NCBI GenBank assembly: GCA_031423615.1 | Contig: JANPFV010000055.1 | Coordinates: forward strand, 474-64,473 | DNA length: 64,000 bases | Source of the DNA: Candidatus Omnitrophota bacterium | Lineage (GTDB): Bacteria; Omnitrophota; Gorgyraeia; Zapsychrales; JANLHA01 | Direction: 5' to 3' | In this document: one piece after another, positions 63,251 through 64,000 of the stretch | How positions within the stretch are numbered: the stretch's first letter is position 1 | Layout of the letters: each line of letters opens with the position of its first letter | The notes under the pieces: model-generated | Told to the model about the DNA's origin: nothing | The model's database searches: none | What the model saw: only the letters and a program-made list of their open reading frames with translations | Program-made: the position numbers and the translations under genes

Positions 63251-64000
63251 ATGACGGTTGAAAGAAAATTGGTCTTGACTAAGTTGGTGGGTTTTTTGAC
63301 CGGAGAAATTTCTCAGACTGAGATTTATGAATGGGCTCTTTTTGTTGTGGTGTCCAGCGATTATGAAACCATCGCCAAGAATGATCGATTGACGGAACAG
63401 ATTTTTCAATTTTTAATTGATATCGACAAAGTCCGGGAGACGCCGGCTCCCACGAAAAAAGTTTTGGAATATTTTATCCAATGCCTTGAAAATCAAAGAG
63501 AATTTACTGCGCAAGATTACCGGGCGCTTATCGACGATAAGCCCGGGGCCTCCGCAGTTTCCGTTCCTGTCCCGGTTAAACCCCCGGCGCAGTTAGGCTG
63601 GCTGGTCAATATGGCCAGAATTTATGTTTTGATTTTTCTCATGGGATCAATTTTTTTAAATGCCGTGTCCATACTCAAACCGAACTTTTTGGTTAAGCCG
63701 GATGAAATCGCTCCGACCGCCGCTGAGGTGGGGAAGGATGCCTCTCCGCATTTGATTTATGGAATCCTGATTTTATTGGCCTTGTCTTTTAAAATGCCGC
63801 GTTTTGCTCTTTATGCTTTTATCCCCGTGGCTATTTGGGGCATGTTTTTTTATTGGTCGGCCGCGACGAGTTTTGCGGTAAAAAATGGCCTGGCATTTTT
63901 AAATGTCCTTTTGCTCATGGTGGCGGTGGTGGTTCCTCCGACCGCCGCGTTTTTTATTCTGCTGATTCAATGGCTAACCCCCACGAATAAAGACAATATG
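63251..64000 (+). CDS. Hypothetical membrane protein, 3'-partial (absent from the ORF track)
   Basis: AAGGA SD-like site before the ATG at 63251. The frame is open for 250 codons to the window edge (MTVERKLVLTKLVGFLTGEI...) with about 4 hydrophobic segments in the C-terminal half. Confidence 0.85.
   Translation, partial: MTVERKLVLTKLVGFLTGEISQTEIYEWALFVVVSSDYETIAKNDRLTEQIFQFLIDIDKVRETPAPTKKVLEYFIQCLENQREFTAQDYRALIDDKPGASAVSVPVPVKPPAQLGWLVNMARIYVLIFLMGSIFLNAVSILKPNFLVKPDEIAPTAAEVGKDASPHLIYGILILLALSFKMPRFALYAFIPVAIWGMFFYWSAATSFAVKNGLAFLNVLLLMVAVVVPPTAAFFILLIQWLTPTNKDNM

Noticed and set aside
29-63409. The many 60-176 aa alternative-frame and antisense ORFs in the track
   Set aside because: They overlap long, well-supported genes and show no recognisable motifs. 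They are expected shadow ORFs.
1-64000. tRNA, rRNA, transposase or prophage genes
   Set aside because: None recognised. Nearly all of the sequence is accounted for by five protein-coding genes.

Overview
About 87% of the window is one uninterrupted plus-strand reading frame (<2..55711, more than 18,500 aa). It is already open at the left edge, so the real gene is longer. It resembles the giant genes reported from Omnitrophota (candidate phylum OP3); that assignment is an inference. The protein has two parts. (1) An N-terminal envelope 'chassis' (to ~20.6 kb): lytic transglycosylase, helical region, beta-barrel-like stretch, four 234-bp tandem repeats, a long RHS/YD-like beta region, and a polytopic 1,3-beta-glucan (callose/FKS, GT48) synthase of the type normally found in eukaryotes. 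(2) A ~35-kb array of roughly 25 unrelated modules (DUF218, JAB, HD, RelA/SpoT-like, two GH13, PEP-synthase-like, PhaC-like, TPR, alpha/beta hydrolase, XRE HTHs, CheR, GHKL, threonine dehydratase, zinc deaminase, methyltransferase). The modules are separated by a recurring [AS]-S-S-[APST]-[VIL] peptide. In the last 15 kb the junctions also carry 11 in-frame copies of a 23-bp REP-like palindrome (AAAGTAGGG-ACAGA-CCCTACTTT), in both orientations, and some modules are bracketed by 52-58 bp direct repeats. The best candidate for an undescribed system is therefore an in-frame cassette-array polyprotein. Downstream lie a convergent mutS-mutL operon, a divergent secreted TPR/coiled-coil gene with a near-consensus sigma70 promoter, and a partial membrane-protein gene. 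All domain calls are by-eye motif matches, not database searches, and domain boundaries are approximate.
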